Made by a program: the position numbers and the translations under genes
IMG/VR virus record: IMGVR_UViG_2524614764_000005
Span: 1-64,000 of that record
Length of the DNA stretch: 64,000 nt
Direction: 5' to 3' (one strand)
Source: a virus
Taxonomy: Duplodnaviria; Caudoviricetes
The notes under the pieces: generated by a model
Database searches by the model: none
The model's input: only the letters and a program-made list of their open reading frames with translations
What the model was told of the DNA's origin: nothing
Shown: one piece after another, positions 62,071 to 64,000 of the stretch
Layout: every line of letters begins with the position of its first letter
Numbering within the stretch: the first letter of the stretch is position 1

Positions 62071-62235
62071 CTAAACCCTCTTTTTCATTCCACATTTGGC
62101 ACATTTGCGTATGAATTCGCCTTTAGATATAGTGGACTTAAATTGAGCTGTATCACAATTGTCGCAGCGGCCACTATTTTTATCAGGGTATTCTCGTATG
62201 TCGTAAATCTTTTCTAAATCAATTTCTTTCAACAT
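62071..62235 (-). CDS. Small zinc-ribbon protein (54 aa, CDNC...CAKC)
   Basis: Read by hand; AGGAG RBS, TATAAT upstream; divergent from aimR. Confidence 0.65.
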   Translation of the reverse strand: MLKEIDLEKIYDIREYPDKNSGRCDNCDTAQFKSTISKGEFIRKCAKCGMKKRV

Positions 62236-62386
62236 GATTTAATTTCTCCTTAGAGCAAGTTTTTAAGTGTTTATTATAGTATATGATCAAACAAAATTAA
62301 ACTCCCTTAAATAAACAACAAATTACATATATTGTGTTGACAATGAAATGAAATTATAGTAAATTTATAGTAGGGAGTGGGGTCAT

Positions 62387-63544
62387 ATGAATCTTAAAAC
62401 ATACATAAAAAATAAATGCGAAGATGATTCTTCATTGGCTATGAAATTAGCTAAAATAGCTGGCTATTCGGATAGAACTGGCCTTTATAAATTCTTAAAT
62501 AGCCCTAACAAAGAGATGGATGATTTAAACAATCTTATTAATTTAGTTAGGGAAGTTGATCAAGAAAGAGAAATTGAAATAATTAGCACCTATATTACAA
62601 CACTCGACCCTAACAAATCAGCTGCTAGACAAGCTGTAGAATATTTAGATGCTAATCAACTTGGCGACGAAACTGATGAGCTAGTTATTAAATTATGTAA
62701 TGCCAGCAACGCAGTGAGCAAAGAGTGGGGGAATGTATATCGCATCCATAGATTGCTCACAAAAGGTGAAATTGATTTAACTTCTGCTATCAAAGAAACT
62801 GGAACTATTAAAATCAAGAGTGAGGAAATGTTTGTTTTTTCAAGAATGATGACATTATATGAATACCTAAACATTGGTGAGTTTGGTCTTATGAAAAGCA
62901 CTTCAACATATATCGATCTATCTAATTTGAAAAAGGGATACGTTAAGGATTCCTTTAGCTCAAGGTATTTGTTGCTTATGGCCAACGTGTTTTTAAATGA
63001 TAACAATTTAAAACCTCTTAGAGACTACTGTAATCAAATTATATCTGAAGAAGTTAAGGTGAATCGATTTCAAGTGTTTGCTCACCTCACTTGCGGGAAT
63101 TCTTATGTGTTTGATGATTATGATAAAGCAAAAGCATATTACATCAACGGTATGAAATTCGCAAAAAACAGTTTTCATAAATATAAACTTAGATCTGCAT
63201 TAGCATTCTTAGAAAACACATGGGGAATAAAAGAAAACAAATACCTGGAACAGGAACCTAAGAATGATTCTGATTTTATAGAACTCGCACATCATTTAAT
63301 GCTTAATGATCAAACCGAAAAAATGATGGAGGTGTTTAATAAATTAGATTCATCTACTATGCATGACAATGATTTAGGTTTTCTCTACTACGTTAAAGGA
63401 ATTTTCTATAAAGATAAGGCTTGCTATTTGAAATCAGTTAAACATTTTAAGAAATCAGATGACAAGTATTTTATCAAGCTACCTCTAATTAAGTTAAAAA
63501 CAATGGGCATAGATAGTGAGATTTTAGATTTATTGGCTATCTAA
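62387..63544 (+). CDS. aimR: Arbitrium receptor AimR (HTH + TPR)
   Basis: LAKIAGYS HTH, ARQAVEY, KSVKHFKKSDDKYF C-terminus; followed by aimP. Confidence 0.95.
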   Translation: MNLKTYIKNKCEDDSSLAMKLAKIAGYSDRTGLYKFLNSPNKEMDDLNNLINLVREVDQEREIEIISTYITTLDPNKSAARQAVEYLDANQLGDETDELVIKLCNASNAVSKEWGNVYRIHRLLTKGEIDLTSAIKETGTIKIKSEEMFVFSRMMTLYEYLNIGEFGLMKSTSTYIDLSNLKKGYVKDSFSSRYLLLMANVFLNDNNLKPLRDYCNQIISEEVKVNRFQVFAHLTCGNSYVFDDYDKAKAYYINGMKFAKNSFHKYKLRSALAFLENTWGIKENKYLEQEPKNDSDFIELAHHLMLNDQTEKMMEVFNKLDSSTMHDNDLGFLYYVKGIFYKDKACYLKSVKHFKKSDDKYFIKLPLIKLKTMGIDSEILDLLAI

Positions 63545-63573
63545 ATTATAAGACTTGAAGGGAGGTGACATAT

Positions 63574-63699
63574 ATGAAAAAATTAGTCATGGCTTTAGTT
63601 TTACTTGCAGCAGTGGCAGGTGTGTTCTCTGGAACACAACAATCAATTGCTTTGGATGATGAGAAAGTCTCTACATCATCTGCTTCTAGAGGTGCATAA
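63574..63699 (+). CDS. aimP: Arbitrium propeptide AimP, 41 aa, mature peptide SASRGA
   Basis: Read by hand: MKKLVMALVLLAAVAGVFSGTQQSIALDDEKVSTSSASRGA; signal peptide plus RGA end. Confidence 0.93.
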   Translation: MKKLVMALVLLAAVAGVFSGTQQSIALDDEKVSTSSASRGA

Positions 63700-63716
63700 A
63701 TGCATAGTTGGAACTT

Positions 63717-63740
63717 AGGGATAGAAATATCCCCTTTTTC
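63717..63740 (+). terminator. Terminator after aimP
   Basis: gggatagaaatatccc plus T-run. Confidence 0.75.
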
Positions 63741-63838
63741 TTGATAATTCTAGAATTAAAGTATATAATTATTTGAATAATTGTTGTACATAATATGACG
63801 TATAACCCTTATGGGGTTTGCGTCATTTTGTATTTTTA
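63741..63838 (+). ncRNA. aimX: aimX-like promoter and short structured transcript
   Basis: TTGATA-17-TATAAT, hairpin atgacgtataaccc..ggggtttgcgtcat; canonical aimX position. Confidence 0.5.
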
Positions 63839-63991
63839 CGACAATATGCCAGTTTTCAAGAAAATGAATAATGATCTTACAAAAGCACATTAAAAATGTG
63901 CTATTTGTCGTGAAAAAAGCTTTACATATAGTTTTTTATCGATTAAACTATAAATAAGACATACGGAAATTGAAGTTTGAGGAGGAATACC

Positions 63992-64000
63992 ATGTTAGCT
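63992..64000 (+). CDS. Start of the next gene (partial)
   Basis: GAGGAGG RBS followed by ATG TTA GCT. Confidence 0.5.

Larger units (their letters stand above)
1..64000. mobile_element. SPbeta-like temperate Bacillus phage/prophage (partial: late region, yonO, early region up to arbitrium)
   Basis: Gene order uvrX-lysis-yomE..yomI-yomM..yonK-HU-yonO-yonT-yonV-aimR-aimP matches SPbeta/phi3T; Bacillus-type AGGAGG RBSs; no att site seen in the window. Confidence 0.96.

Noticed and set aside
333-63006. Numerous antisense or nested ORF-track calls inside long genes (e.g. 333-644, 6681-7010, 12015-12398, 37439-37828, 62656-63006)
   Set aside because: Shadow ORFs of well-supported genes.

Overview
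The whole window is part of an SPbeta-like temperate Bacillus (pro)phage. From left to right it carries: uvrX (Y-family polymerase); an intergenic block with type I toxin/antitoxin-like units; a long minus-strand late region; yonO RNA polymerase; a TubR/TubZ-like pair; the yonT/SR6/yoyJ toxin locus; a plus-strand array of small accessory genes; and the arbitrium locus (aimR, aimP with mature peptide SASRGA, aimX region). The late region holds an accessory fibre-like cassette with three paralogues, holins and endolysin, tail spike, Tal and Dit, tape measure, morons, YomM recombinase, tail and head genes, portal and terminase. The most notable items not in the ORF track are: (1) two tandem leaderless micro-ORFs upstream of aimR (MNLEAIKVGG, MADIRPGG) that resemble mature arbitrium peptides of a different clade; (2) a 224-nt group I intron splitting the tape-measure gene; (3) a TAAAA-N6-TTTTA palindrome that recurs at gene junctions, suggesting recombinase-handled cassettes; (4) a ~950-nt and a ~430-nt highly structured non-coding region; (5) a tubulin-type partition module. 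SPbeta gene names come from recalled similarity and synteny, not database searches.
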